Shown here one piece after another: positions 1-13,074 of a stretch of 64,000 bases of DNA. Below the pieces are notes generated by a model. It was not told the origin of the DNA. It was given only the letters and a program-made list of their open reading frames with translations, and made no database searches. The translations under genes and the position numbers were made by a program. Source of the stretch: Laetmonice hystrix. Its lineage: Eukaryota. Numbering within the stretch: position 1 is the stretch's first letter; each line of letters opens with the position of its first letter. The stretch is from positions 23,562,001-23,626,000 of the forward strand of contig OZ249436.1 in the NCBI GenBank assembly GCA_965235115.1, given 5' to 3'.

Positions 1-2975
1 GCCATATTCACTACCAGGGTTTATTCGAACATAGTTGAATGCCAACAGTTAAAAACTAGCATAACAGATCGCAAAGCGATACTGGGATCCCATTCACCTC
101 GAGCATTGCTTTTGCAATGGGGTAAGTATGTGGGTGAATCTTTCTGCATACAAGTTCCCTGTCAAGGTAGATCAGATTAAAAATAACTTTAACCATTTTC
201 AAGTAATATGGCTGAGAAAATGCTGTATACATCGTAATATCATAGGTCACATGACCTGAACAAAATAATGGTGTGACACAAAAGAGCATATAATACTTTC
301 TAGTATAATATTAATGTTTGATAATAACATATGCCTCTAAAACCAACAATTTACCAGTTACAACCCTGGAAAAATATAGGTGACGTCGTTATGACGTCAT
401 ACGTCATGTGACCTCAAAAATACAGGTGCATAATGAAAGACCATCGATGAGTTTCTATTAGTGTACTGTTTAATGGTAACTCTAGCTCTATCTTTAACCA
501 TTGACAAGTTATAGCACTGAGAAAATATCAATAACATCCTTTTTTAGCCCTTACAAACTATAGGGTACCTCCCTGTGGTTTTAATAAGTAACAGTTCAAT
601 CCAGCATGAGCATGTCAGAAAGTATGGCTTTGTGGCTTCCATCGGAAGGGTCCGGGGTTCAATCCCGGGACAAGTCACTTTTTTTTTTATTGTTTTTCCC
701 TCTCCAAATTTTTAAAAATGGTCACGTGACCTAAAAAAAATCTATAATAAAAGAGCTTCCTATCTGTCTTCAATAGTCACTTAAGGCCTATCTGGCTCTG
801 TTTCTAACATATTGCCATGAATGTGTGAATTGACCCATGTACCAAATTTCAAGGGCTCATGTTTGGCTTTAACTTCACCCATTTACAAATTACAGCCCTC
901 ACAAAGTATAGGTTCACTGCCTGTGGTAATCAGCACCATTTCAATCCAGTTTGAGCATGTCAGACAGTGTGGCTTGGTGGCAAGATGTGTGACTACCATG
1001 GAAAGGACCTGAGTTCAATCCCGGGTCTGGTCACGTTATTAATTTTTTTGATTTTTCCAGTCTAATTTTAAAAAATGGTCACGTGACCTAAAAATTATAT
1101 AATAGAACAGCATAATATATGAATTCCTATCTGTCTTCAATAGTAACTTAAGGTCTATCTGGCTCTGTTTCTAAGATATTGCCATGAATGTGTTAATTGA
1201 CCCACGTACCAAAGTTCAAGGGCTCATATTTAGGTCAAAATGGGGGAGATCAAAATTCTGTGTCCGTAACTTTTTGAAACTCCCCATGTAGTCTCCCTAA
1301 ACTCAATTTTGACTCAATTCGACTAAAGTTCTGGAGCGTGAAGTTGCAACTTCATCCATCTATTTTAGATATGATCTTAATACCGCTTCAATTGTGAGTC
1401 TCAATAGCTGAATGTGTAATATACCCGTCAAACATGCTGTAGATCATGGGTTCGTATCCCACTATGTAAAAGTATTTTTTATCAGATACTTTTCGTATTG
1501 TAAATGTCCAAATGCAAATTTTCATTTTTAGTAAAACTATTGAGCTATATATATTTTTTTTTCAATTTGATGGTCACTCATAGGACCTAAAAGAGGGGCT
1601 CTGTGACCCTTTCACAAGAAATCAATTATATCTCTTGCGGTTTTCAACAGATCTTTATGAAACTAGTTGTGCTTTTAAAGCAGTTAGGATGTTGACCCAA
1701 ATTTTAGCACACAATATTATTGAACTACATATTATTCTGAAAACCAACCCCACAGCTGAACGCTGACTCACTCCTTCCAATGAGTTCCCATACACTGTGG
1801 GGTTTAGCCCAATATGGTTTAAATATGTTGATATAAGTTACGTGACCTAAAAGTTTCACTATTTCAAGGGCTCTGACCACACAACTGAGTGCAAGTAAAA
1901 TATGTGGGCTGGTTCCTTAGTATATTTTTTTACCAATATGTTACTGATGAATTTTGACCTTCGTAAGGACTGGGTCACAGGTCACATCTCAGATAAATGT
2001 ACGATTTTGAACTAGACCTCTTCCAATTATCCTAATCAAATTTGACATAATGGTTCCACAAAAGAATGCGCTCTCCATATCAATCGTCGTCGTGTAGCCT
2101 ATGGGTCAACAGGCTTACAAAATGTCTGTATGTATTTTAGGGAAATGGGATCAATGATTGCAGGCAATCATGCTGACTAGTTATTATTATCGTCGTAGTT
2201 AGACAATGGCCGTTTCTCAGTTTTCAGTTTTCAAGGTATTTGGATGAAACTTACAGGGGAAGTTGACCATATCATGACTACCTCTCCACATCAAGCAGTA
2301 CGTCATGGGCCGTCATGCTTCCGAGTTATGATGTGTTATACACGTCAAAAAGCACTTCACATTGTCAACTGTCAAGACCAAACAAATAGGAATAGGGCAA
2401 TTATCTCTCAGATACTGGAAAAGGAATGGTTCCTTAATACTTTTTTATCAAAGTTTCGCTGATGCCCTTCGCCCTTCTTAAGGAATGGGTCACATGTCAT
2501 ATCTCACATAAATCTACGATTTTGAAGGAGCTGTCTTCAAATGAGTGCCAAATTGCACAGAATGATTGCTCGTAGATATCCGCAGAAGTTGTAGCATGGA
2601 TTTAGCGATATGACGTATATTGGCGGAGTCGTGTGACATCAAAGTTTGATTTTGTGGCCACTTTATCAGACATCGGTCATATCTCTGGCAGTTTTCAACA
2701 GATCTTAATGAAAATTGTTGTGCTTAAAGAGGGTGGGATGATAAGCCAAATTTATGAAAATTTTCTCCTGTGACGTCACTTTTTCGCGTCATGACGTCAT
2801 TCACCTATTCTAGATAGGACTTTCGTACTTTGCGGTCTATGTGTCTCAATAGCTGAGTGGGTAACATAAACGACCGAAAAGCTCGAGATCTCGGGTTCGA
2901 ATCCCATTAAAGGATGGTATTTTTATCTGAAATTTTCCCTATTCTTAACGTCAAAATACAAATTTTAATAACTAG
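1..2975. mobile_element. Patchwork of non-autonomous Helitron/Helentron-like (HINE-like) element bodies
   Basis: 3' end GGGAAATGGGAT + hairpin ATGATTGCAGGCAATCAT + CTAG (2177-2180), followed directly by (TTA)n and another body. TGACGTCA-rich sequence resembles 22284-23480 and 44776-52479. Internal ~350 bp duplication (590-900 vs 935-1230). Confidence 0.6.
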
Positions 2976-3586
2976 TCTGCAAAATATCTAAAAGATCGGA
3001 CAGAAATTATGCGAGTATTTTCAAATTCAAAACAGCTATTGTCAAAAAATCCAATATCAAAGGAAAACACTTATTTCAGTTTATGCCCAATGTGGCATCT
3101 TCCTTCACGACTAAACGAAGCCCTTTCTTCCAAACAGAAATGCTTTTACGTATTTCTTTCACCGATATCTTCTCCCATGACATAATAGGGAGCTGAAGTA
3201 GGTCACGAGATGTTGCGTTACAACGCGATAAAAGTCGGTTTTGTTGACACGTCATTATCGCTCATGCTTGTTTAGCATTGCGCCGGCCATAGGGAACGGC
3301 GATTGCCAACTTCAACTTGTGATTTTTCTATAATTATGCTGTCCTTTGTAATGAAACCTTCCCCGATATTTGTATCAACCTGTTTTATGCTTGAAGAAAT
3401 AATTTTTATACATAACAACACGAAAATCTTCAAGACTAGGCCGATCTTTGGAACGATGTCTCTTCATCCTATGTTAAACCAATGGGGAAATTTGTGACGC
3501 AACAATTGTGTGTCAACATTGACGCTCCATTTGTACCTCCTATCCAGAAAATCCATAACCGTGCCACGAGACTTCGGCTCCCTATT

Positions 3587-4779
3587 AACGCCTGCTCGGT
3601 CAATTTGTCTCTCAGTCCCCGATAAACTTTCTCCTTCAGATAGTTCCATATGGCATAATCCATGAACATGATATAGGTCATTGCACAGTTTTGATATCTA
3701 ATTTTTTGACATGTTGATCTGGATCTAATTAATTTATACTGGCAGCCTCCCTTACCTGCCGGGGATGTTATCGATATCTACTGCATAACCAACTTACCAG
3801 ATAACGAACTTATACAAATAACAATTTAGTTGTGCAACTAACACCAGGACAATCACAAGGAACACATTAGCAACAATATTACTTGATAACAAAACACAGC
3901 TCATCAGAAAGTGTTTATTCAGACAGAAGGAAGGAACGCATATAAATAACGCTGCAAATTTCATGGGGAACAAGTAATGGTGCATCATTAACAATCTAAA
4001 CTTGGCAACATGAAGGTGTACATGCAGAACTGATGTAAACTTGATAAGGAGGAAGGGCGCATCAGTAACAATGTAAACTGGATGTCTATATTATAATAGC
4101 AGCACAGCATCGATAACAAAGCTGAAAAAAGAAGGGTCCTGTGCTTTAACGCCTGCTCGGTCAATTTGTCTCTCAGTCCCCGATAAACTTTCTCCTTCAG
4201 ATAGTTCTATATGGCATAATCCATGAACATGATATAGGTCATTGCACAGTTTTGATATCTAATTTTTTGACATGTTGATCTGGATCTAATTAATTTATAC
4301 TGGCAGCCTCCCTTACCTGCCGGGGATGTTATCGATATCTACTGCATAACCAACTTACCAGATAACGAACTTATACAAATAACAATTTAGTTGTGCAACT
4401 AACACCAGGACAATCACAAGGAACACATTAGCAACAATATTACTTGATAACAAAACACAGCTCATCAGAAAGTGTTTATTCAGACAGAAGGAAGGAACGC
4501 ATATAAATAACGCTGCAAATTTCATGGGGAACAAGTAATGGTGCATCATTAACAATCTAAACTTGGCAACATGAAGGTGTACATGCAGAACTGATGTAAA
4601 CTTGATAAGGAGGAAGGGCGCATCAGTAACAATGTAAACTGGATGTCTATATTATAATAGCAGCACAGCATCGATAACAAAGCTGAAAAAAGAAGGGTCC
4701 TGTGCTTTAACGCCTGCTCGGTCAATTTGTCTCTCAGTCCCCGATAAACTTTCTCCTTCAGATAGTTCCATATGGCATA
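3587..4779. repeat. Near-perfect 561-bp tandem duplication (2.1 units) containing a mariner-like transposase scrap
   Basis: Units start at 3587, 4148 and 4709. Identical ORFs lie 561 bp apart. Minus strand reads MDYAIWNYLKEKVY. Confidence 0.92.
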
Positions 4780-4852
4780 TGGAACTATCTGTACATTTAC
4801 ATACAGTACTCTTGATTCCCTGATTAACTTGAGTGTATTGATTTGTTGACAG

Positions 4853-4969
4853 GTGGGCCAGGCCGGAGGGGGGCGGTTGGGCCTACAGGGGCGTCTGGTT
4901 TCCCGGGAGCTCCCGGCCGGACAGGCGCCCCAGGCTTTGACGGCCTCCCAGGAACACCAGGAGCCATGG
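4853..4969 (+). CDS. Collagen exon, 117 bp (GGPGRRGAV...GTPGAM)
   Basis: ttgacag|GT ... ATG G|gtaag; 13 Gly-X-Y triplets. Confidence 0.95.
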
Positions 4970-4986
4970 GTAAGGATCATCTGATA

Positions 4987-6031
4987 TATCGGGTGGGCCT
5001 AAAATTTTTGGAACACTCTTTTTTTGACTGTAACTTCTATAATTTTACCCCAATATCATAATATTCGGCAGATCATATCATCTGGTTAATTGGGGCATGT
5101 GGTACAAATTTCAGATAACTAGGTCAAAATGTATAAAAATAGGGCCATTTTAAAAACTACATGTCAAAAATTGCAATGCCGGACCAGGCGTCTTCGGCAG
5201 AGTTGGTCCCGCTGTGTCTGGAACACTTTACTTGACTATAGCTTCTACAATTTTCATAGTTTGTCACTGATATTTAGGGCATCATGTTATATGGTTAATA
5301 TCATTTTGTGGTGAACATTTTAGGCAGATAGGCCAAAAACTCTTTATGCGGAAACAAATTAAACATCACATGTCGAAAAATGCAATGCCAGAGAGCCATG
5401 TAAGTGTCACCTAGCTATTTCAGTTAAAATGAAAAGGTGATTGATGTGACCCCATCCTGTTCACTGCTCACACACAGCCCTTAGTCTTTTTTTCAATATC
5501 CCGGCTGACTTCCTGACTTCTTCTAGAGTAATTCCCTCCCACCTTTCCCGAATTTTCTCCTTCAGTTCGTTCTCGATGAACTTTTGTTTGCGACCTTTAT
5601 AGACTTTTTCATACAGGGAATCCCAAATGGTGTAATCCATGGGGTTCAAGGCGGGACTGGCCACCAGTTTTTGGCAGGGGGCATTTCATGCATTTGACGT
5701 CACGTCATTCAGACACAGTGGCAACAACCCTGCCTTAATTGGGACACACACCAAGAAAACTGGGTCATTCAACGTGACGTTTTTCAGGGCAGTTTCCCGC
5801 TTAAAAGACATGTGGCTTCACGCTATAATGACTCTGGTCCGGCATTGCAATTTTTGACACGAATTTTTAAAAATGGCCCCATTTGTAGACGTTTTGACCT
5901 ATCTGAAATTTGTACCACCGACCCCAAATAACCAGATGATATCATGTTCCAAATATTATGCCACTGCAGTAAGAATTATAGAAGTTACAGTCAAGAAAAT
6001 AGTGTTCCAAAATTTTTAGGCCCACCCAATA
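4987..6031 (-). mobile_element. Tc1/mariner-superfamily deletion derivative with ~200 bp TIRs
   Basis: TATCGGGTGGGCCTAAAATTTTTGGAACAC ... GTGTTCCAAAATTTTTAGGCCCACCCAATA. Transposase C-terminal relic SPALNPMDYTIW...KKRLRAV at 5461-5664 (-). Confidence 0.85.
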
Positions 6032-6214
6032 CTGACTGCTCTACAAACAATCATCTAAAAAATTAAGGCTGATATAAAATTAACTGTAGTACCCATGTAG
6101 TGGACGTAATCAACTTGTGTTTCTCTGGCATAATCAACTTGTGTTTATCTTGGGCGCCATGCAGTGTTTAACAATGGTAAATTGACCAAGTTAATAAGTT
6201 ATGGATCATGACAG

Positions 6215-6322
6215 GGACGACCGGGTTTCAAGGAGCCCCCGGCCAGGATGGTGTCGATGGATTCCCGGGCAGGCCCGGCCGAACTGGCAATGACGGCTTC
6301 CCTGGCCGTACAGGGGCCACAG
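6215..6322 (+). CDS. Collagen exon, 108 bp (GTTGFQGAP...GRTGAT)
   Basis: gacag|GG ... ACA G|gtgag; 12 triplets. Confidence 0.95.
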
Positions 6323-6959
6323 GTGAGCACAGGTGGCCATGTAACACTCAAAGCTTATTTTGATATGAAATCGAATCTAAACTCCAGAAAAACTTTCTCC
6401 GAAATTACACAAATATTTCTGGAGGTTTTGACTCGTGTGACACTTCTGTAACCATTTTCTGACTTTGCAATTGTTCAGCCAGTAGGCCTAAATATTGAAA
6501 TTGTGAAATGAAACGGAGAGTGAAACCGTGAGCTGCCACTATTCTAACAATATTAAAACCCTGCAATCAGAAAATCTTTTTAATATTTTAAAGGCCCACT
6601 TGGGCACAGATTGGCTTTTCTCCTCTCTGACAGTGTGAAGCGACCCTAAATATAATTTCTTACCAGTGACATTGGGCTGACAGACGTCTTTTTACTGTGT
6701 ATGCAATAAAAGCAGATTGAAGCGGTGCCCACCGTTTAATTCTATCTTCGCGCCATATTTTGATAAGCAGGCCATTAGATCTCTAATAGAGCCCTTTTGT
6801 GTTGTTTATAGAGAGGTACTAAATGCACATGACCCATTCACGCGATTAAGAAGCAGTTCAAGCAAATGTCTAAATATGTCTGCATTACATTCAGTATAAC
6901 ACAAGCATTCAGCCGACTGTAGGAAAGCTGTTCGAATTCTCGAGTTATATTCTGAATGT

Positions 6960-7804
6960 AGGACTTTTGCCCGCTGGACATTTGCACCACAGACTTTTTG
7001 CCCCCCCCCCCTCCCGGACCTTTACTCCCTAGACTTTTGCCCACTGGACTTTTGCCCCCGAGTACTTTTGCCCCATGAGGACATTTGCCCGCTAGGACTT
7101 TTGCCCCCAAGGACTTTTGCTTCCTACAGCAGTTCAGTTCAATTTAGTGAATCAGTTCATCTTCAAAGCTAATTCCAAAGCTACACCTCGTATGCAGTAC
7201 CTCCACCGGATAGCACTGAATTTCAGTTGGCAGATGAATTCATTCATCATGGTTAATCAACCATTAATCTAGAGTTAAAGCCCATTTTCATGTATCCTAC
7301 AGGGCCGATACATGTATTTTGTCTAATCATACACCCACATAGGTGTCATTAAAAATGGGGTTGAGTTCAAGATTTCAAGTAATGGTGAGCATCATGTTAT
7401 CAAACACGGTATACTTGCAAAGAAAACATATTTTAATACATGATTGGTATTCATGTTGAATATGGATTATTGATGAATAAAGCCAGTTCATAATGTATCA
7501 AGTTCATTTATGTTTTTTCTTCAAGGTTCTCTGTTGTAATCAACATTATTTTACAGTAATCTGGATTGTGTTCAGTACCAATGTTGTGCACAGATCCCAT
7601 GCGCATAGGAATACATTTTGCCCACAGAGTTATGCACCAAACAGAGAGGGGGGCAAAGGTCCCTGGGGGCAAATTTCCTCAGGGGCAAAAGTCCCTTGGG
7701 GGCAAAAGTCCAGGGGGCAAAAGTCCAGGGGGCAAAAGTCCGGGGGAAAAAGTCGGGGGGGGGGGAGTCCAGGGGGGGACAAAGGTCCAGCGGGCAAAAG
7801 TCTT
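6960..7804. mobile_element. Foldback-like MITE with ACTTTTGCCC subterminal tandem repeats
   Basis: GACTTTTGCCCGCTGGAC at left and its inverse at right; mirrored arrays at 6961-7120 and 7645-7803. Confidence 0.8.
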
Positions 7805-7913
7805 GTCACCCTTGCGGATGTCCCTTGTTTATCGATCAAATTCAATGATAGACCACATCACCAAGAGGGTTTGAAGGACTTAGGTTTTGTCCTGTTTTCA
7901 CCTTTTACCTTTA

Positions 7914-8164
7914 AGGACAAGTGCTAGTGTGAGGCCAAAAATTTTGTTTGAGACAGATTTTTTTTTAATTTTGCAGATAAACAGAGCATGTTGTTCTCTT
8001 TCAAAATTCAGCAAAAAAATGATACCTCACCGGCTTAGTTTTTTTGTTAGGAGCGTTTGAAGTTGGTATTTTCTTCATGTTAATGAATACAGTTTGCAAT
8101 TTTTTATTTTTTTTATATTTTTTTTACTTTTTTTTTTGTCAGAACGGTGTTATGACAAATAGAA

Positions 8165-8195
<31 letters not shown>

Positions 8196-8341
8196 GACAG
8201 AAAAAACATTTTTGACTTTGAACATTTTCACTGGTGTAAATGAGCAAAAAGTGAAAATGTTCAAAATCAAACTTTTTTTTTTTTTTTTTTACCACTTCTA
8301 TAACTTGGAGACCGTTATGACAAATAGAAATGGTAAAAAAC

Positions 8342-8372
<31 letters not shown>

Positions 8373-8550
8373 AAACAGTAATTATTAATTAACATGACGA
8401 ACATATCAATTTCAAACGCTCTTAACAAAAAAAGTAACCCGGTGAGGTATCATTTTTTTGCTGAATTTTGACAACATACTCTGTTTATCTGCAAAATTAA
8501 AAAAAAATCTGTCTCAAAAAAATTTTGGGCCTCACACTAGCACTTGTCCT
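7914..8550. mobile_element. Almost fully palindromic MITE (possibly Kolobok-like)
   Basis: AGGACAAGTGCTAGTGTGAGGCC ... GGCCTCACACTAGCACTTGTCCT with long inverted arms; TTAA on the left flank only. Confidence 0.8.
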
Positions 8551-8638
8551 GTCTTGTAGATATTTCATTGAGGTGTCCATATAGGTCCCTGATGCGTGTC
8601 ATTTAAATTCAGTTTCAGTCCCTGTGTTTTGTTGTCAG

Positions 8639-8755
8639 GTTTACAGGGCAGTCCGGGGGTACCAGGCCAGGAAGGAGCAACCGGCTCCCAGGGGCTGTCT
8701 GGGTCCTCCGGCAATGACGGACTGCCAGGAATACCGGGACTGAATGGACAAACAG
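8639..8755 (+). CDS. Collagen exon, 117 bp (GLQGSPGVP...GLNGQT)
   Basis: tgtcag|GT ... ACA G|gtacg; 13 triplets. Confidence 0.95.
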
Positions 8756-9440
8756 GTACGCTTATCCCACAGATGCTGTCAACATAATATGGTTACCTCT
8801 CATGGATGCCCTGTAGGCGTAATCGAGCATTATGTAGGCTATCAATGATTTTAGATTTTTCAGTGTGTAATTTACTCTGCCTACTCCAGCCACGTCTCTA
8901 GTAGGGGGGGTTGGGGGCTTAAGACCAACTTACTCATTAAAATTACAATTTCCTGGAGGAAATGACCCTAGGCCCATATAGTGCAGTACATCAACTAGGT
9001 ACCTGAGATGGTCAAGAAGCCCCCCCCCCCCTTTCAGTTGTAAAATCCTGCATCCCCTCTCCCTTCAACTGCAGTTGAGCGAGTCCTATCATATGAGTTG
9101 CCGCCACACAATTATTGGGTTACTTTTATAATCCATCCATTGTGTTACAACTGTTGTGTTGAAAATATGAGTTAAAAATCTAGGAATAACCTAACAAGTT
9201 AGGTTGGTTTTAATTATCGATGTTGGATTGGGGGAACTAGAGCTGTTTTACAGCTGTTGGGTTGAAACTTTAGGTTAAAAATGTAAAAACAGCCCAACGA
9301 GTTGGGTTGATATTAACCATGGACGTTGTGTTGGAGCAGCTGCAGCTCTTATCTTGACCCATCGTTGGGTTAATTTCTCCCAAAATATATACCAAAGTAA
9401 TATAGTTATATCAGCAAAAATTAGGGATTATGTTTCATTA

Positions 9441-10299
9441 TATCGGGTGGATAAAAAAAAACGCCCCGAAATTTAAACTTTAATATCTCAATAACTATCC
9501 ATTATAATTCAATAAAATTTCTCAGAATATAACTTCGTGATATTATCTCTTGTATGTTAAAGTTTCAGCTCAATAGCTTTGATATTAATCCCGTGGCGCT
9601 AAAAACAAAAATCAGTGTCTAAAAACACAATGCCGGAATTAGGTCAAATATCATGCAGTTGCCAGGTGTCCAATTTGACACTTATTTGATGCACCGCATT
9701 GTACCTTGGGTAAAGAAGTTTTCAATATTTAGTTTTTGCATGGTTTACAATATGTATAATGTTGTGAACCACTAGATATAATAAATTATGTGCTATTCCT
9801 AGTACTTCTAGAGAAACCCAGATGTTTAATTTGCCAAACCCTACAGAGAAACTGCAACATTAGGACGATATGACTGTAAACCAGAAGTTTAAGGGAAATC
9901 GTATCATTATCACGTTTAGCAACACGTTCAGAACGCTGCCTATTTCCCAATGATGGGAAGATAATTCCCTATCAGAGATCAGGAAGTGCATTGGCGCATG
10001 TAAAAAGAGACTGAGAGCAGTATGAAGTGAACACGGGGGACGGATTGACCACCTACTCTAGTGTGAGGCCAGGGACTCTGGTGCGACTACCACTCGCTTT
10101 AGCCCGGCATTGCACTTTTGTACAATGATTTTTGTTTTTAGTGCTACGGAAATACTATCCAAGCTATTGAGTTGTAACATTAACAACTAAGAGACAACAT
10201 CATGAAGTGATAGTAAGAAAAATTTCATTGAATTACAATCAATACTTTTTGAAATATTGGAGTTTAAAGTTCGGGGCGTTTTTTTTTATCCACCCGATA
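9441..10299. mobile_element. TA-flanked long-TIR MITE (Tc1/mariner-like), copy 1
   Basis: TATCGGGTGGATAAAAAAAAACGCCCCGAA ... TTCGGGGCGTTTTTTTTTATCCACCCGATA; inverted second copy at 21543-22282. Confidence 0.85.
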
Positions 10300-12299
10300 T
10301 ATATTCACTCTTCACTCTGCAGGACTTTAAAGGGCTATAATTGCACGCACTTTTAGAATCCCAAACTGGTTCTGTCCAACCCGAACTATATCATTTGCAA
10401 GGAACTGGCCCGATACCCGACGAATGACTCATAATAACAGAGACCACTGGGGACTCTTTTGCCTCACGACTTGTGCGCGTACCACCGAAAGTCGCCCTGT
10501 TCACACCCGACTGTGACGTCAGTAGCATGTTACTCTTCCGCCAAGAACGAAAGTGAGGCTCCATGCGCTTAAACAGGGGGATTCCCCAACATGTGCTCAG
10601 TTCTAAAAATAAACAGACATTCGTACATTCGTCTCATTACTTGCTGCAATGGTTGAATGGCAGCATGTCACGTACGGGACGTCCCTCATCTTCTGCGATA
10701 CTCCAACAAGTCAGAGCCCAGTCCTTACGTCCATACGGACTCTGACAGTCGAGTGCAAATATCCTACACCAGGCTGGCAGCGACTGCTAAAGTGCTATCC
10801 TGCCAGGGTTCTATCTCGGTCCTATCGTGCATCATCGCCTCAAAGTAAAGTTTAAACCACTTTTAGCGATGAAACTTGCTGAAAGTACACAAAAGAGGTT
10901 ACTTCAACAGATACGTTAATGTATTTTGTTGGATGTTATCTTTGTAGGTGAAATTCTCTGTTTGTTCAAATACAGCACAGCGCCGGCGACGACTGGGTGT
11001 GCATATTTCCGACCTCTATAATATGGATCCGGAACGGACTGCATAAGTAGGTGGCGCTTGTATGGGGCCTCGGCCGGTAGATAGGCATAAAATCAAAGTC
11101 GTTACCGATGCCATCTTGTCTGAATGTGTCAACAAGCAGGTGCGCGTCACGTGACACCATGGAATTCCCCCGTCCGTTCCTAGTCCTAGTTCAAATGGCG
11201 TCTCAATGCGCAAGAACCAATTAACAGTGCACGGCTGAAGAATTCATGTTAATATGTCCAGATTAGCGTACCCTTTCTCAACCAAAAGGCAGGTACCACC
11301 TAGCTAGGATTGCGTTCTGCTTTATGTTTACAGCGTTTGGGGGAAATATAGGAAAATTGTCAACATTGGATGTATTGTAATTGGTTTAAGACCTATGTTG
11401 AATTCGTGGCACACTGGTAAGATGCCTGATTCACAATTCTAAAGCCGTGATCCCACTACCCGATTTGTCTATAGTCCGTCGAATATTTGAGTCGGCCGAT
11501 TGCTAGACTGCCGCATTTCAAACAGTGTGAGCACAATCGGTGAACAAAATCGGCCAATCGAAGGCGGGCTTCAATATCAGCCTATAAAAACAGTTGGGAG
11601 CTCTGAGCAAGGGGGGGAGGGTTCGACCCCTACCCCCCCTCCCCGACACGCACCTGGAATTGTGTGACTAGGTCTATCATGTGATCGTACAATCATAGCA
11701 AGAAACCTCAAGGTAAAAGTGACACACATACTTCTAGTGCTATCTCAGGCCCACGCAGTGGCAGGTCTGGATTTTTTTTTTTGGGGGGGGGGGGGCTATG
11801 TGTTTTAATATAAAACCAGCACCCCAATGTTACATACCCATAGACAGAAAAATCATGTAGAACTTTTACTAAAAATTTTATTTATACAAGGAGTCAAGGC
11901 CGAAAAATCGATTCAACGTTGATCAGTTGCAACCTCTACACTCTAGGCCTAATATCGAGCCACTCAGGCAGTGACTGACGTTATATCTGAATAGGCCTAT
12001 CCCATGCGGGTCCAGTAGCCTCTTTCGGAAAACAAAGATTGGTGTGGGCGCCCTCTTGTAGGCTTGAGACGCAAAAGGCCCATCTCTAATACTTCAGAAA
12101 ATACTTTAGATTTAGATTTCTTTTTCCCCCACCCCAATGATCAAATAACTTTTCTCTGAATGGGCACGTAGAGGACCACATTTTCCGAGCGGTCCCACAC
12201 ACACACACACACACAAACTGTGCTGGCTACGGGCCTGGGTCTGAAGTTGATGGCATCTTGTGGTTGAATCAAGGGAGTTGAGGTGAACTGATGACATTC

Positions 12300-12410
12300 T
12301 GGTGAAGTTGCTGATGACAGGTCTGGCATGAGGGTGTCATAAGCGCCTAGTCTGGCTCTCTTCTCCAACCCTCATTATGAAGTCCAAAACAATTTTAACC
12401 CAACCATTTT
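12300..12410 (-). pseudogene. Possible PIF/Harbinger transposase N-terminal scrap
   Basis: LEKRARLGAYDTLMPDL resembles the RR..G.Y..LM.EL motif. Confidence 0.3.
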
Positions 12411-12548
12411 TAGAATGTATGGTCAGAGTAAAGTCATATGTTAATGTCGGCCTACCTACAGGGGATTTACTATTTGCACTTCATTTTGAAAATGGCTTGA
12501 TGATTTTCATTTAGCAAGCTGTGGTTGAATTTATGTGATTGTGTTCAG

Positions 12549-12656
12549 GAGTGGCTGGCTCGCCCGGGTTAGACGGACGGCCTGGCGACCCCGGGGCACC
12601 AGGTTTCCCAGGAACGGACGGGCGAACGGGAGCTACCGGATTTGCCGGAAGCCCAG
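12549..12656 (+). CDS. Collagen exon, 108 bp (GVAGSPGLD...GFAGSP)
   Basis: ttcag|GA ... CCA G|gtgag; 12 triplets. Confidence 0.95.
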
Positions 12657-12825
12657 GTGAGATATAGTTATTTACTTCAAGTGAAGATTAGCGTTGTATT
12701 GGTGAAAATAGTAAAGGGTGTTACTTGGAAGTATTTAGTGTCAAACTACATTTCTGAGAGTGAAAGATTGTGTCGCTCTAGAATATTCAAGTTCATTCAA
12801 TTTCACCATCGCCATGATGTTACAG

Positions 12826-12942
12826 GAAGTTCGGGCAACACTGGAGTGCCTGGAATACCAGGAAGGGACGGTCAACCTGGATTGGACGGAAGCCCAGGAG
12901 AACGTGGACAGCCTGGAGACCCTGGAAGGGATGGATTCCCGG
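12826..12942 (+). CDS. Collagen exon, 117 bp (GSSGNTGVP...GRDGFP)
   Basis: ttacag|GA ... CCG G|gtaag; 13 triplets. Confidence 0.95.
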
Positions 12943-13074
12943 GTAAGTATCACCAGCAGACCGTGTGGGTCTGAGAGCAGTAGGTCCCATGGAAAAGATA
13001 CAAAGCTGCAGACCCTTTGGGTCTGGGAGAAATGGCTCCCAGGTAAGGGTACACCTCCAAACGGTCTGGGTCCA

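Noticed and set aside
955..1035. Functional tRNA gene
   Set aside because: A and B boxes are present but the stems do not form a convincing cloverleaf; treated as TE-borne tRNA-derived sequence
3745..3800. U1 snRNA-like CTTACCTG
   Set aside because: Similarity limited to ~8 nt; no U1 stem-loops or Sm site evident
6838..7927. Gly/Lys/Pro-rich ORFs resembling collagen
   Set aside because: No Gly-X-Y register or splice sites; translation of GGGCAAAAGT repeats
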